Of a stretch of 64,000 nt of DNA, positions 10,465 through 23,874 are shown one piece after another. How positions within the stretch are numbered: position 1 is the first letter of the stretch; each line of letters opens with the position of its first letter. Under the pieces are notes generated by a model. That model worked only from the letters and a program-made list of their open reading frames with translations. It was not told where the DNA came from and searched no databases. A program made the position numbers and the translations under genes. The DNA is from Prorocentrum cordatum (taxonomy: Eukaryota): assembly GCA_963575745.1 (NCBI GenBank), contig CAUYUJ010000085.1, forward strand, positions 1 through 64,000, in the 5' to 3' direction.

Positions 10465-12580
10465 CCACGTGAGAACGGGTCCGAGGGGTCGAGCTCTGAG
10501 GCGACCCACCGAACGTAGACCCGAGATCCCGCGGCCAGGCTGAGAGCTGCCAGCTTGTGAAGAGGCCCTCTAAGATGACGAGACCGCGCTCCCCCCCTGG
10601 TGGCCGCGAGGGCCAGGGGCAGGTTATCGACCAGAGCGACAATACGTTTACCGAAAGCCTGCGAACTCCGAAGAAAATGGCGAACTGCTAACACCAGTGC
10701 CTCCCCCTCGAGCTCCAAGATGTCGGGGCCCTCCGAGATCTGCACCGCGGCCACGCCAGCCCAAGACGAAGCCTCCAGAACATCTCCAGGAATCTCGTCG
10801 AAGACGGCCTCCGAAACGTTCAGGAAGGGGCCTCCAAGAGATGTGGAAGATGAAAAGCTGGGCAGAGGAGGTGACGAGGGGCAGAGGTGACGCAGCGCTC
10901 TTTCACGGGCTCGTGAACCACCCTCGACTCGACAGCGCCAACGCTCGGACTGACGCCCAAGCTCCGCGACACGGTCGGTCGGGAGCCGCCGCCGCACAAG
11001 CCCGAGCCCGAACTCGGATGCAACGGACGCGACCACCAGCCCATGCCAGCGAGCGAGCACGTCGGCCTGTAGAAGATGAAGCAGGCATCTCACGCGCCAC
11101 AGCTCCTCACGCACCGAGCGCCACAGCGCTAGAGCCTGGCTGCCGGCCTTGGCGGCGAACGCGTACGACGCCCTCAGCAGGCGCAGTGCTTCACGCTCGA
11201 GCAGCGCCGACCACGTGACATGGCCAAGCAACACCTTCATGAGCAGCCCGCTGCACTTGCCAACGCGGAGGAGCTTCTCGATCGACAGCCGCAGACGCCA
11301 CAAGCACTTGGGCCGGACTGCCAGGAAACGACCCTCCGAGAGGCTGAGCCCAAGGAACTCCGCGTCGTGGCTGGCCGGCTCCCGGTCGTGGACGACGAGT
11401 CCCAGCTTCTCGAGCTGGCAGCGCACGCTGTCGCAGTGGCGGCCCGTGCTGCTGGCCTCCGCACCCATCGCGAAGGAGTTGCCCACGTAGCCGGCGGCCA
11501 CGGGGGGCTCTCCATGCCGCGCCTGCCGCCCGGGCTGACCGTCCTCGATGAGGCTGCTCGCCGGGAAGCCGCCGAGGCTGATGCCGCGCCTATGGGCGCC
11601 CTGGCACAGGTGGAGGGCCCACGAGAAGCCCATGGGCAGCACGCGCAGACGCGGCGTGATCGGCTGCCCCGCACCAGCCGGCAAGTCGGAGACCCCGCCG
11701 TTCAGCGGCATCCCCGCGCCCAGGCTCGGCAAGGAGAAGCGCCCGACCATGTCAGGCGGAACCAGCATGTGAGAGAAAGCCGCCTCCAAGCCCCCCGAGG
11801 CGACGAAGACCTTCTCATCCGCCTCCAGCGCGCCAGGAAGCCGAAGGAGTACGCAAGCGCGTCGAAGGGGCAGACGCGAAATCACAGTTGATGACCCGCG
11901 TGTCGAAGATGATCCGAAGGCGTTCATCTTTGCGCTTGACGAAAAACAATCCGAGGTCGCCGCCGTGCCCACGCTTCCAAGTCAGCATCCCACGGCGCCA
12001 AGCCTCTCTCAGAAATGTAGCATATTCACGAACGTTGAGCTGCAGCACCGGGTCGACGCATGCGCCCCGAGGGCAAGCCTCCGCGCGGGGGCTCCGAGCA
12101 GCCTGAGACGGTCGTAGCACGCGCTCCTTCCAATCCCTACGCCACGAGGCGTCCACTTCACCAAGCAAGTCGGTCAACGGGATGGGCTTGCTGGAAGTGG
12201 AAGGCCAGGCGATCTTCTCGCCGTCGTAGGGAGCGACGGGCCCGCCACCACTGGTGGAGCCGGGCGCGCCTGACAGGAGCGCACTGAGGGCTCCCCGTCC
12301 AGAAAGGAGGTCTGCAGGAGGTTGCCCGACACGTCGATAGCAGCGGCGAACGTGATCCAGGGCCAGTCGCTGACCTGCATTGAGGCTGACGCCGGAGCTG
12401 AAACAAAACTGCCGCACAAGTCATTCAACGCGTCCGCGCCCTCGGCAGCCCAACGATCAACATGGGCAGCGCGAAGGCAGCGGCGGGCAACGCAGCGGCT
12501 GACAGGGACCCTGTCAAAAATGTCGGTCTCAAGCTCCAAGGCGGGCAGCGGGGAGAGGTCACGCTGGCGGGCCTCCTCCA
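10465..12580 (-). pseudogene. DIRS-type reverse transcriptase + RNase H, frameshifted, with catalytic substitutions
   Basis: RT: FFVKRKDERLRIIFDTRVIN, LPMGFSWA, YVGN (for YVDN), EFLGL. RNase H: SVASEFG, ILELEGEA, LVDN, RWVASELDPSDPFSR. Confidence 0.85.
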
Positions 12581-13536
12581 TGACCTGAGAGGAGCGGAGA
12601 GCACCGTGGGCTGGTGGCGTGGCGGGGGCGCCCACGATCCCCGCCGCGGGGCGATCGCGCATCGCCACCCTGCCCTCGCTGTCCCTTCTTGCCAAGCTTC
12701 ATGGCGGAGGGCATCGGGAGGGCTCGTTCCTCGCGCCTTGGCAAGCGCGGCCTCACGGGCCAGATGTGCGGCCGCGACGGACTGCAGCAGCAGGCAAACG
12801 CAGAGGTTCTGCTCCACGATCCCGACGTCCGACGGAGCTCAGCACGTAGGCTGGAAACGCTCCCCCTCCTCCTCCGCCGCCTCCTCCTCCTCCTCCGCCT
12901 CCTCCTCCTCCGCCTCCTCCTCCTCCTCCTCCTCCCAGAGGTGGGGCGGCGCGCGTCTGTCGCGATACGTTCTTCAGAACGTGGGCGCACACGCTGAGCT
13001 GGCACGCAACGTGTTGCCACTGACGCATGGAGCATTCCACGGGCGTAGCCAGACGGCTGAGGGCCTGCGATCATGTGAACGCCCTAGCGGAGACCCCCCC
13101 TGCATGTGCTGGTGAACCAGGGCGGCGCTGGTGAACCCGCCGCCGCAGGGCGGAGGCCGACGCATACCTTCCCCCCTCCCCCCTGCGCGCCGCGAGGGAG
13201 ATCACGACGGAGGGCTCTCGGCGACACGCTATGCCTTGCGAGTGGGTAGCGTGTCGCTGCGCTCCGCGTGCGGGAGGTGGGAAAGGCTCGCGACGTTGAC
13301 GCCTGGGGACTGGGACATGGATAGCGTGCCGCGCCGCAACGTTGTGGGCCAGAACCGCCGGAGCGACACGCCAAGCCAACGTTGCTGACCGTAGCGCCTT
13401 CGATAATGTGAATGTCACCGCCGAGCTTGAAAGTCGATGTCCCGCTGCTGCTAGTACTGCCCATGCGTCCTGTCTGTGCCACCACGCGGCCGAGGGCGCG
13501 GCCAATCTTTGCTCCGGCACTCTCGGCTGCAAGCAA

Positions 13537-13695
13537 GGAGTGGCCCTGGGTAGGATTGACCTTTGGTGCGCGGCTTGCGGAGGGCAGCAAGGGGACCAAA
13601 CACACCCGCGCAAGACGCTACTGTCGCACTGCACTCGGCGATCGGGAGACCCCAGTGCGCCCGCACCAAAGGTCACTCCGGCGAAGGGTCACTCC
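13537..13695. mobile_element. MITE-like element family 1, copy a (~33-bp imperfect TIRs)
   Basis: ggagtggccct..tgacctttggtgcg / cgcaccaaaggtca..agggtcactcc. Homologous to 40560-40720. Confidence 0.75.
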
Positions 13696-14889
13696 TACAT
13701 GTAGTCGACACTCTGGGAAGTAGAGCAGATTCTCGGAAGCCCTCTCGTGCCGTCAGGGCCCCATCCCTCTTGGAGGCCCCCTCCCTGGTGAACCCCCCGG
13801 GAGAGGCGAGCACATCGAAGATGGGGCGCCGAGACGTGGGGCCTCGCGGGCGGGGAGGCCCCGAACAGCGCAAGCTCAGCCTGGAAACCCTCTCCTCCTC
13901 CTCCTTCTACAATTACTCAGTATGAATACTACTCTCCCTCTTCCCCCGATGGCGGCCTGAAAGTATTCGACCCCCCCCCCCGCGTACTGTTTTTTAAACA
14001 CAGGATTCCCGGGAGTTGGGTTTTCGCCTGCGTTTTTTTCAAAATGCTGCTCTCGCTGAGGCGCCGGCTTCATTTCTGCTCCCGCATCGTTCCGAATCGT
14101 GCTCCCGCTGCAGCGTGGGCCTCATTTTCGGATCGGTGTTTGGCCTCCGTCGTTCAGGATGGCGTTCTCGCCCCAGCGCGGGCCTCTTTCTCGCGCGCCC
14201 ATCCGCCCGCCACCACCGCGCCCCACCACCACCAGCACCAGCATCAGCACCACCACCACCACAACCACCACCAGCACCACCACCAGCACCACCACCAGCA
14301 CTAGCACCACCACCACCACCACCACCACCACCACCACCACCACAACCACGCACACACGCACGCACGCACGCACGCGCACCACCACCCACTACGCACGCGC
14401 GCGCGGCGCCACAGGTCCGCTACGACACGCGTCCGCGGATAGAGAAAATCAGCGCCATGGTAAGGGATGGGAGGGAGGGGTAGGACGTCAGATATGACGC
14501 GAGCGCACCTAGCTTGCCCTTTCCCCCTCCCCCTCCCCCTCCTCCTCCTCCTCCTCCTCCTCCTCCGCCTCCTCCTCCTCCTCCTCCTCCTCCTCCTCCT
14601 CCTCCTCCTCCTCCTCCCTACGGCAACGGTGGTGGCGAGAACTGCCCATCGCTTCTGAGCCCGTTCGGCGTCCGAGCGCCGACCTGGCCACAGCATCAAG
14701 CCCACCTGGCCGCGGCCCTCGGCGGGCGGCCCTGCGAGGCGGGCTCGGACACCGCGCGGGCCCAGCAGGGGCCCTCGCCGAGATCCGAACCTGAGGGGGC
14801 CCAGGGACACACGAGCACATAGGCACACATCCCTGGATCCCCCAGATTCCCCCCCCTTGGTTCTGGACTTCCGCTTCCCATGTATAAGT

Positions 14890-15065
14890 TTACACACAAC
14901 TATAAGTGTGTTTATATACATATATATATATATATATATATGTATGTGTATATGTGTATATATACACATCTATATATGTATATATATGTATATATATATA
15001 TATATGTATGTATGTGTTTTTCCCACATGTTCCTGGGGATCGCCGTGTGTATATATATAGGTGTG
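14890..15065. repeat. (TA)n-rich microsatellite (similar tract at 59417-59593)
   Basis: Seen directly in the sequence. Confidence 0.95.
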
Positions 15066-15589
15066 TGTAATCCCACACGGTCCTGGGGATCGCCGTTTAC
15101 TTTTGCCTGTGTCTCTTGTTCACTCCTGACTCCTGACTCGCCAAAATTCACGGCCGCAGCCCTATAGATCCCATCTTATTCTGCGCCATGTGGAGCCGGA
15201 TCGATCTGTGAGGGCCCCCCGGGCCCGGAATCAGGCGACATCGCCCGTCGTCACAAAAATGCCGCGCCCAGGTCTCGAGGTCATGTCGGCGGCGAGCGAG
15301 GGAGGGAAATGAGTAGGAGAAAGCCTTCTCAGAAGGCGGCGGGACTTTTCAGAAGCCCTCGCGCCTTCTGAGAAGTTTCTCGTCTCTTCGGGGAAGGCTT
15401 CGAAAACTTCTCAGCAGGCCCAGGGACTTCTGAGAAGGCCAGCCCCTTCTCACGTCCCGCCCTCGCTCGCCGCCGATTGCGGGGCGCCAAGGGGGATTCA
15501 CGATGCAGTACATCGATGCGGACATGTGTTTTCCGGGCATTCGCGAGCAAGCACTTTGCGAGTAATGGAACGCGCTCGGTGAGTTATTT

Positions 15590-15796
15590 GGACGCCCAAG
15601 ACGGGTACGGAAGGAATTTGTACAATGCCCAACAGAACATGTTGTCCAAAATCGACAGCGGCCGCTGTTGGGCGGGCGGCATTTTGTCTTCAATGGACAA
15701 CGTCCGCGGCGGCGCGGACGGCGAGTCCTGTTCAAAATGAACAGGAACTGCTGTTGGGCATCGTACCCCTTCTTTCCGTACCCATGTCGATCGTCC
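15590..15796. mobile_element. MITE-like element family 2, copy a (207 bp)
   Basis: TIR gggtacggaagga..gtacaatgcccaacag / ctgttgggcatcgtac..tctttccgtaccc. Collinear with 58708-58914. Confidence 0.8.
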
Positions 15797-16629
15797 CGAA
15801 GTCTTGGGGTGCCCAGCGGGCCGGCGGCGGGGGGGCGGCGCCATCGGCCGCGCCCGGAAGAAGAAAAAAGGGCACAAACTGAAACTCTTGGCGCTCCGCG
15901 CGGATTTCTGGGATCTGCACTGGACCACCCGCCCCTGGCGCGCGGAGCGCGCCAAGGGGGCGGCGCCGGAGGCGCCGCCAGGGGGCGCGCAGCGCAGATC
16001 CAAGAAATCCGCGCGGAGCGTCAAAAGTGAAGGTTTATACCGATTTGTCTTCCTCGAGAGGGGGGGCGGCGCCATCGAACGAGGCTGGCCAGCGACAGTC
16101 GCCAAGGACGGGCCGAAGGGGCGAGGAGGCAAGGGCACCCTGGGGAAGGTTGCCCCTCCTTACTGCGCGGGTTGACTGTATGAGTGCCCAGCGGGCCGGC
16201 GGCGGGGGGGGCGGCGCCGTCGGCCGCGCCGTCGCCAGCGGCGGCCACGCCCGGCGCGGCAGCGCCCGCGGCCTCGCCAGCGCCGGCCTCGCTGGCTGCG
16301 ACCTCGGCGGCGGCGGCGCAGTTGATGTGGACCTTGTAGGACGGGGTCCAGGCGCCCTGCTGGGGGGGAAGCGCGGCGAGGGCGTCGACGACTCCAGAGT
16401 CGAAGCGTGAGGGACCCTGCATGAGGAACGGGGCCCCTTCCCTCTACAGGCTCAACGTCGATGCTCCCTGGCAAGCTTGAGGGGCACCTGAGCATAGCTG
16501 TGCGAAACACTGGAGGAACACTCAGGGCCTCCCCCCAGCGAAGAGGGCTCCTCCTTCCGCGGCGGCGACTGCACGAGAACAGCGAGGGGTGAGGATCGGG
16601 AACGAGGAGGGGGAGGCGGAAGGAGGGCT

Positions 16630-17903
16630 ACGACGGCCACGACGGCCACCACGGCCACGACGACGGCGAGGACGGGCGAGGACAACGACGACCACGACAA
16701 AGGCAACAACGAGAGGAGAACGGCGACGACGACAACGACGGTGACCACGACGAAGACGACGACGACGACGGCGACGACGGCAACGTCGATGGCGACGGCA
16801 GCGGCTGCGGATGCGACGGCGGACGACGCCGGCGGCGACGACGACGACGACGACGCAGGCGAAGTCGACGGCGACGGCGGCTGCGACGGAGGAGGAGGAC
16901 GTCGACGACGACAATGACGACGACGAAGACGACGACGACGACGACGACGACGACAACGACGACGACGACGGCGACGACGGCGACTGTGACGGCGACGGCG
17001 ATGACGACGAGCGACCAGTGACGAGTCATGGGTCCCTGGTGGCCCCCGAGGACCTCCTGAAGCCCCCCTGGGGACTTCCACTGGCCCGAAAGGAGCCAGC
17101 AAAAGGACGACGGCGACGGCGACAACAACGAGGACAGCGACGGCGACGACAACAAAGCCGACGACGGCGACGGTGATACGGGGACAGCGACGAAGACGAA
17201 ACCGACAACGACGACGACGGTGGCAGCGACGATAAGAACAACGTTCACCATAAATCTGATCCAACTGCCTGGCAAGTCCCGCCACCATGCCAGCCAAGCG
17301 TTATGGGCGGCGACTGTTCGAGGGGGAGAGGGAGGTCGACACGTATGAGACCCGTGTCTCCAGGCTTATCAGAGCCGTGAACAAGATGATGAGTAAGAGG
17401 ATGGTGGGGAGATAAACGTTGACTGCCGTCGCTGATAATGATGGTGATGATGCTGATGCTGTTGATGATGATGATGATGATGATATGATGATGATGGTGG
17501 TGATGATGCTGCTGATGCTGGTGAGGGTGAGGATTGTGATGATTATAATGATGATGGTGGTGATGATGACGCTGACGATGACGATGATGGCGATGAAGAT
17601 GATGGTGATGATGACGATGATGCTGATGATGATGATAATGGTGGTGGTGACGATGGGTATGCTGACGGTGACGATGCCGAGAGAAAGCCGATGGTGGTGA
17701 TGATGGTGATGATGGTTATGGTGGCGATGATGGTGATGATGGCGATGATGGTGGTGATGGTGATGGTGCTGATGGTGATGGTGATGATGGTGGTGGTGAT
17801 AATGATGGTGATGATGATGGTGATGATGATGACGACGATGATGATGGTGGCGGTTATGATGATGAGGCTGATGATGATGATGATGATGATGATCACCATC
17901 ATT

Positions 17904-17960
<57 letters not shown>

Positions 17961-18040
17961 GTCACCACCACCACCATCATCATCATACTCATCATCATTG
18001 CCAGCATCATCATCAGCAACATCATCAACAGCATCATCAT
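16630..18040. repeat. Degenerate trinucleotide tracts: (GAC)n, then (GAT)n switching to (CAT)n
   Basis: Seen directly; these tracts generate the poly-D/H/M/I pseudo-ORFs. Confidence 0.95.
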
Positions 18041-18044
18041 GGTG

Positions 18045-18530
18045 TGGGAAGTCTTGGGGCTGTCTGGGCCTCATGTGAGGCAGTCTTGAGGGTCCCTTGG
18101 GGGCGTCTTGGAGCCCTCTTGGCCGTGTGATGGGTGTCTGAGGGCCGTCGTGTGCCCGTCTTCGCGCCGTCTTGGGCCGTCCAAAGGCCTTCTTCTAAGG
18201 CCGTCTCAGGTCCAACGGGAGGCCTTCTTGAGCCGTCTTGGAGCCGTGTTGGATGTATATTGGGCTATCTTAGAGTCCTCGTGGGCCGCCTTGAGCTGAC
18301 GGCAGCCCGACAAGGAGAGAATGCGACAAAAACCATAGGGGGATCAATGACTTTGGCTTCTCAGGACCCCGTTGGAGGTCCTCTTGTGGCCGGTTTGGGC
18401 CCTCTTGAAGGCATCTTGGACCGTCTTGAAGCAATTTTTCGACCGCCTTGGGGCCATCTTGGGCCGCCTGTGAGGCATCGTGGGCCATCTTGGTGTCCTT
18501 GGTTGCCTGCCCGGGCCGTCTTGGAAACTC
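18045..18530 (-). repeat. CCAAGA-rich degenerate repeat module (reverse orientation)
   Basis: Recurrent tcttgg/gccatcttgg, the reverse complement of the modules at 24080-24700, 26700-27060, 27440-28550 and 38040-38580. Confidence 0.85.
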
Positions 18531-18979
18531 GGAATGCATACCCTTCGCGTTACCCAACCCTCCTGTCTTGGGTTTCATTTTGAACAGGGCACCGTGGTCT
18601 CCACCTCTCCCGCCTCCCCTCTCCTCCCTGCCTCCCTCCTCCTGCCGCCTGCGTCCGACTTTATCCCCGACCCTCCCGCACCTCTCCTCTCTCGTCTCCT
18701 CCTCTTCGTCCGCCTTCCTCCTCCTCCTCCTCCTCCTCCTCCTCCTCCTCCGCCTCCTCCTCCTCCTCCTCCTCCTCCTCCTGACCTCTCTTCCTCCTCC
18801 TCCTCCTCCTCCTCCCCCTCCTCCTGCTCCTCCTCCCCCTCCTCCTGCTCCTGCTTCTCCTCCTCCTTCTCCTCCCCCTCCTCCTCCTCCTGTTCCTCCT
18901 CCGGCTCCTCCCCGTCATGCTCCTTCTCCTCCTCCTCCTCCTCCTTCTCCTCCTCCTCCTAATCCTCCTCCTTGCTTCC

Positions 18980-19230
18980 CCTGGGCCTGCGAAGGGCGCA
19001 ACCGTCGCCACCTCCGTGGGCTCCTGGGAGGTCCAGCGGAGTGGAAGAGTACGCAGACCCAGCTGGGACCTCGCAATTCCACGGGGGCTGCGAAGTGCGC
19101 AACTGTCGCCATTTACGCGGGCTGCTGAGAGGCCCAGTGTAGTGGAGGAGTACGCAGACCCAGCCAGGACCTCGCAGCTCCCTGAGGGGTTTCCCTGAGG
19201 GGCTGCGAAGGGCGCAACTGTCGCCACATG
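18980..19230. repeat. Tandem repeat, ~2.3 units of ~100-115 bp
   Basis: ctgcgaag(g/t)gcgcaac(c/t)gtcgcca at ~18988, ~19088 and ~19203; gagtacgcagacccagc occurs twice. Confidence 0.85.
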
Positions 19231-19795
19231 TGTTTCCACTTTTAAGTGCTGTTCATACGGCGCCCTTTTGACTGCACTTGTTTGTTTGCTTGTGTTTTTT
19301 CCAGGTCGTGGCCGCAAAGTTCAGGCCCACACCTGGGAAACAGTCCATGGCTCAACTCCAGGCTCAGAAACACGCCTACGGGAACAGCGAAGGAGAGTCG
19401 CACACTCATGGCAAGCAGCCGTACGACTAGCGCTTGCCAATCACACACGGCGTCACCATGCACAGTCACAGGAAACACACTGCCCAAGCACTCGCCGTCA
19501 TCTTACAACTGGCGAGCAAGCAAGTGTGCGCGGCAGACCGTGGGACTGGCGCCTGCTGATGCTGGCCGCAGCGGCTGGGTGCCTGGCGAGCGGCAGACAC
19601 ACCCCACAAAAAGACAGTGCAAGCGCAGGGGGGCAGGGCTGAGAGGCTGACAGCCGAATGCGCCGTTGAAAACTGAATTCGTCGATATCGTCCTCCTCCG
19701 CCACAACACGCACCCATCCCACAAGCTCCTTCTTCCTCTCAGGAGACTGCTCCTCCTGCCTGGTGGCGTACCCCGAAGAGCGAGAGGCGCACGAG

Positions 19796-20860
19796 TCATG
19801 CATGAATGACACTCAGATCTGGGTTTGGATGAATCTGTCTCTCGCGCTGGTCTTGCTTATGCTTGTTATACAGCTGGAAGAACGCGTCGATGACATTGAT
19901 GGCCAAGATCAACGCAAACACCAGAGCAAATGCCCCATCCGAAGGCCTTGCTGCTGCAATGACTACCATGATCGAAAGAACGAACATATACATCCATTTC
20001 AGATACTCGCGGAACTTCCACCAAGTGACCCACGGGTGCAGGGGGTAGACGTCGTCATCCTTCACGTCTCGAAACGACGCTTCCAGACGAGACGGAAGTC
20101 TGGGAGTATCTTTGTCCCGTCTTGTCCAGAGCCATGCGGAGCTCTCATTGTTGTACTCCAAGAGTTTAGCATGAGCCACCCCGATAGCAGGGAAGTTAGT
20201 CAATGCCAGTGCCAAGACCTTGCCTGTGGCTATTTGGACATTCTCTGGATGCGCAGCTATCTGATTCCCTGGACTCCAAACGATACAACGCAATCTCTGC
20301 AAATACGCTGCACGACTAAGTCCATACGAGTGCACTCCAAATGTCGCGGGTATAACTGATACGATCAATCCGATGCGCTGACAGGATGAACCCCACTCGC
20401 CTCCGAGACCAACACCATCCATATACCTCGCAACCTCGTCTATGCACTCACTAGCTCCCTTCAATTCGCTGATATCTTCTTCGATGGTTTCCGATATATC
20501 AGCCCTCATGCTCCTCCCGACCGGCTGAGGTACAAGAATCAATACACCCTGCAAAAATATCGGCAGTGTTCTGAGTACCATGTCATTCAGCTTTTGGACA
20601 TACGTGGCCAACGAACGGTCTCTAACACCTTCCTTTGTCAACCTGGACATCGATATAAACATTCCTAGGTCGTAGTGGACACCCGATACGATGAAAAAGA
20701 AAGCCGAACTCATTACATAAAATGCATAATCCGCCGGCCCCATTGTGGGGCCATCAGGCTGCGAGGATTAGGCTGCAGCGCCCTGCGCCAATTTCAGTTG
20801 CCATTCTCCAATGGTACACTCCTGCTTCCTGTTTCCGACTGTAAGTTGTTCAAGTCCGCG
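19796..20860 (-). pseudogene. Multi-pass membrane protein coding segment (315-aa ORF 19796..20743, preceded in frame by TAA at 20768-20770)
   Basis: High-complexity, lower-GC ORF with hydrophobic helices (YAFYVMSSAFFFIV, WMYMFVLSIMVVIAAA, AFALVFALILAINVI). The same frame is open again upstream of the stop. Confidence 0.6.
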
Positions 20861-21043
20861 TGAGGGGGGGGAGCCGAAAACCACCCCGTTGCCACCCCCA
20901 AATCGCGTTGCCTGAATTCCTGGGGGGCCGTGGGACACATAAAAATACATGAGATTCGCGCTCCCGAGGCAATAATCCCTGGTAGACTCTGACACCTCGC
21001 GGCCGGCCCCGTCCAGGTCCAGGGGTGGGGGTAGGGGGAGGGG

Positions 21044-21564
21044 TAAACCCCTTCCCGAAAGGGAAGAAGGGCGGTGGAAGAGGAAACGCTCTAGACTACC
21101 AACGCCCAGAGGGCTGGTGTGATTACGCTGTGCTCGCGCCCCCGAGGTCACGATCCTATGCAAGTTACTCCACATTCTCTCCCCCGAAACCACGACCCCT
21201 TGCAACATACACCGTCTCCGCGTCCCCGAGGCCACGATCTCCCACAAATAACCCTACATTCGCGCCTCTGGGGGCCACGAGAATTACGCGACATTCGCTC
21301 TCCCGACGCCACGATCCTTCGTAAATTACTCCACGCTCGCGTCCCCGAGGCCACGATCCCTCGCAAATTGCGCTGCGTTCGCGTCCCCTTGTAAAACAAG
21401 CCATATTCGCACCCCCGAGGCCACGATCTTCCGCAATTTACATAATTAACTGTCGCGCCTCTGGGGCCACGATCCATAGTAAATCCCACCAGCCCTCTGG
21501 GCGTTGGTGGTCTAGAGCGTTTCCTCTTCCACCTCCCTTCTTCCTTTTTTCGGGAAAGGGTTTA
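21044..21564. mobile_element. Non-autonomous TIR element: ~77-bp TIRs around ~40-bp ccccgaggccacgatc tandem units
   Basis: taaacccc..ggtggaagaggaaacgctctagactaccaacgcccagagggctggtg is the reverse complement of 21487-21564 with few mismatches. Confidence 0.85.
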
Positions 21565-21654
21565 ACACTGTTCCCTACAAATCAAAGTGAGGGGGCCGAA
21601 CGGCCATTCACTGTCCTTGGGTGCGTGGCTGAAGTGGGTTTCCGCGGTGCGGAT

Positions 21655-21709
21655 TCTTGTTGTTGTTGGTTGTTGTTGTTTGTTGTTGTTGTTGTTGGTG
21701 GTGTTGTCG

Positions 21710-21746
<37 letters not shown>

Positions 21747-22620
21747 GGTTGTGGTTGTTGTTGTTGTCGTGTTCCTGTTGTTGTTGTTGTTGTTTGTTGC
21801 CGTCGTCCCACCCGCAACCCGCCCTGCGACCCACCCCGGGACCCACCCCGCGACCCACCCCGCGACCCATCCGCGACCCGCCCGCGACACCCCGCGACCC
21901 ACCCCGCGACCCACCCCGCGACCCGCATCCCACCCACCCGCGACCCACCCGCGACCCACCCGCGACCCACCCGCGACCCACCCCGCGACCCACCCCGCGA
22001 CCCACCCCGCGACCCACCCGCGACCCACCCGCGACCCACCCCGCGACCCGCCCGCGGCTCACCCCGCGGCCCACCCCCCGACCCACCCGCGACCCACCCG
22101 CGACCCACCCGCGACCCACCCGCGACCCACCCCGCGGCCCACCCCGCGACCCACCTTCGACCCAAACCACGTTCAAGGTACAAACCACCATTTTCGGCGC
22201 CTGCGGCGGGTTTTTTTCTTGCACTCCTTCCAGGTGGAGAGCCCGCGACCCACCCCACGACCAACCCGCGACCCAAACCACGTTCACGGTACAAAACACA
22301 TTTTTCGGCGCCTGCGGTGGGCATCTTTTGCATTCGTTTAGGGTGGAGAGCCCGCGGCCCACCCGCGACCACGTTCAGGGCACAAACCAAATTATTCGGC
22401 GCATGCGGCGGGCATCTATTGCATTCGTTCCCGGTGGAGAATCCGCGGCCCACCCGCGATCCAAACCGCGTTCAGTGTACAAACCCATTCTTTTGGCGCC
22501 TGCGGCGGGTTGCTTTTGCATTCTTCCAGGTGGAGGTGGAGAGCCCGCGACCCACCCGCGACCCAAACCACGTTCACTGAACAAACCAATGCCGCACAAG
22601 CGCGGCGGCGGATTGTTGCA
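21655..22620. repeat. (GTT)n, then an 11-12-bp (cccacccgcga)n minisatellite, then ~5 longer units (ccaaaccacgttca..ttcggcgcctgcggcgg..ggtggagagcccgcg)
   Basis: Seen directly in the sequence. Confidence 0.9.
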
Positions 22621-23840
22621 TGCCGTCTGAGCCCGCTACGACCTCTTCAAACCCCGCGCATCCTTACCAGCCCGTCCAGCAACTTTGCCCTGGCGAGTTG
22701 CCTTGATAAGAGAAGTCGGGGAGCACAAAGTGGACAAAAGGATTATGTTGCCGTTATATTGGGAAAGGAGGGGGCGGCAAGAGGAAAAAAACAGGGGACG
22801 AGGAGGACGCGGAAGAAGAGAGGATGCAAGGATAATGTGGAAAAATATGAGGAAAAGGAGCAGGAGGACGAGGAGGGGGAGGAAGGGGAGGAGGGGGAGG
22901 AGGAGGAGGACGAGGAGGGGGAGGAGGGGGAGGAGGGGGACGAGGATGATGATGGACGAGAATGGGAGGACGACGGTCGACGCCGATGAGGGGGAGGACG
23001 ACCATGGGAGGACGATGATGGAAGGACGAGGGGGGGAGAGGGAGGACGAGGAAGAAAAGGAGGAGGACGACGAGGTCGAGGAGGAGGATGACGATGACGA
23101 TGAGGACGAGGACGAGGACGAGGAGGAGGAGGAAAGCGCCATCGACAAGGAAGGTAATTAGGGGCCACGAGGTCCGCCGGCTCGACGACGCCCGCGTCGC
23201 CCGCGCCCGCCCCCTCACTCTTATCCGCAATGGCGGGGTGCTACGTAAACACCCCCTCCCCCAAGCGACTGGTAGCCAACCAGGAACCATGAGGACACCC
23301 TCCCACCATCCCTCCAAACAAAAACCATACAACACACACACACACTCTGCCTCCAAATTCGGAGCATGGGCAGCCAACCCGAGGCGGCCTCCCCCCTCCA
23401 TCCCTGACAACAACCTGTACAGATTACACTTGGCGGCGACGGCGGCTGCGGCGGTTGCGGCGGCGGCGGCGGCTTCGGCGGCTGCGGCGGCCGAGCTCCG
23501 CAGACCCGGGCGGAACCGGTCGCGCGGGCGGCGGCGCGGCGGCGGCGGCGGCGCTGCGGCGTCGGCTGGGCGGCGGGCGAGGCGGCGGTGGCGGCGGCGG
23601 CGGGCGGTGGCGGGGGGGGGGGGGGGGGGTTTTGGGGGGGGGGGGGGGTGGCGGCAGCGGCTTGCGGCGGCAGCGCTGTGGCCGCGCGGCGGCGATTTTT
23701 TTTTGGGGCAGCGTGGGGTGCGCGGCAGCGGAGGCGGCGGCGCTGCGGGCGCGCGGCTGCGGCGCGAGCGGCGGCCCGACGGCGGGAAGCCGGCGGCGGC
23801 GGCGCGGCGGCGCGGCGGCGGCGGCGGCGCGCGGGCAGCA

Positions 23841-23874
<34 letters not shown>

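Larger units (their letters stand above)
7675..12860 (-). mobile_element. DIRS-like tyrosine-recombinase retrotransposon, decayed (RT-RNase H-YR-MTase-like); no gag recognised, boundaries approximate
   Basis: Domain order and motifs in ORFs 12174..12695, 11815..12417, 8721..11972, 9002..10642 and 8282..8623. Confidence 0.85.

Noticed and set aside
9002..10642. Prophage or integron integrase, or retron-like RT system
   Set aside because: DIRS-type RT/RNase H adjacency and the eukaryotic repeat context; no prokaryotic operon features.
8721..11972. 1083-aa ORF as a single RT-RNase H-MTase fusion
   Set aside because: Its middle is an off-frame reading of the recombinase; stop scarcity in GC-rich DNA explains the continuity.
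22160..22620. Regularly recurring units resembling a CRISPR array (also 21130-21480, 26190-26720, 41510-41750)
   Set aside because: Repeats are degenerate, intervening sequences are homologous rather than unique spacers, and there are no cas genes.
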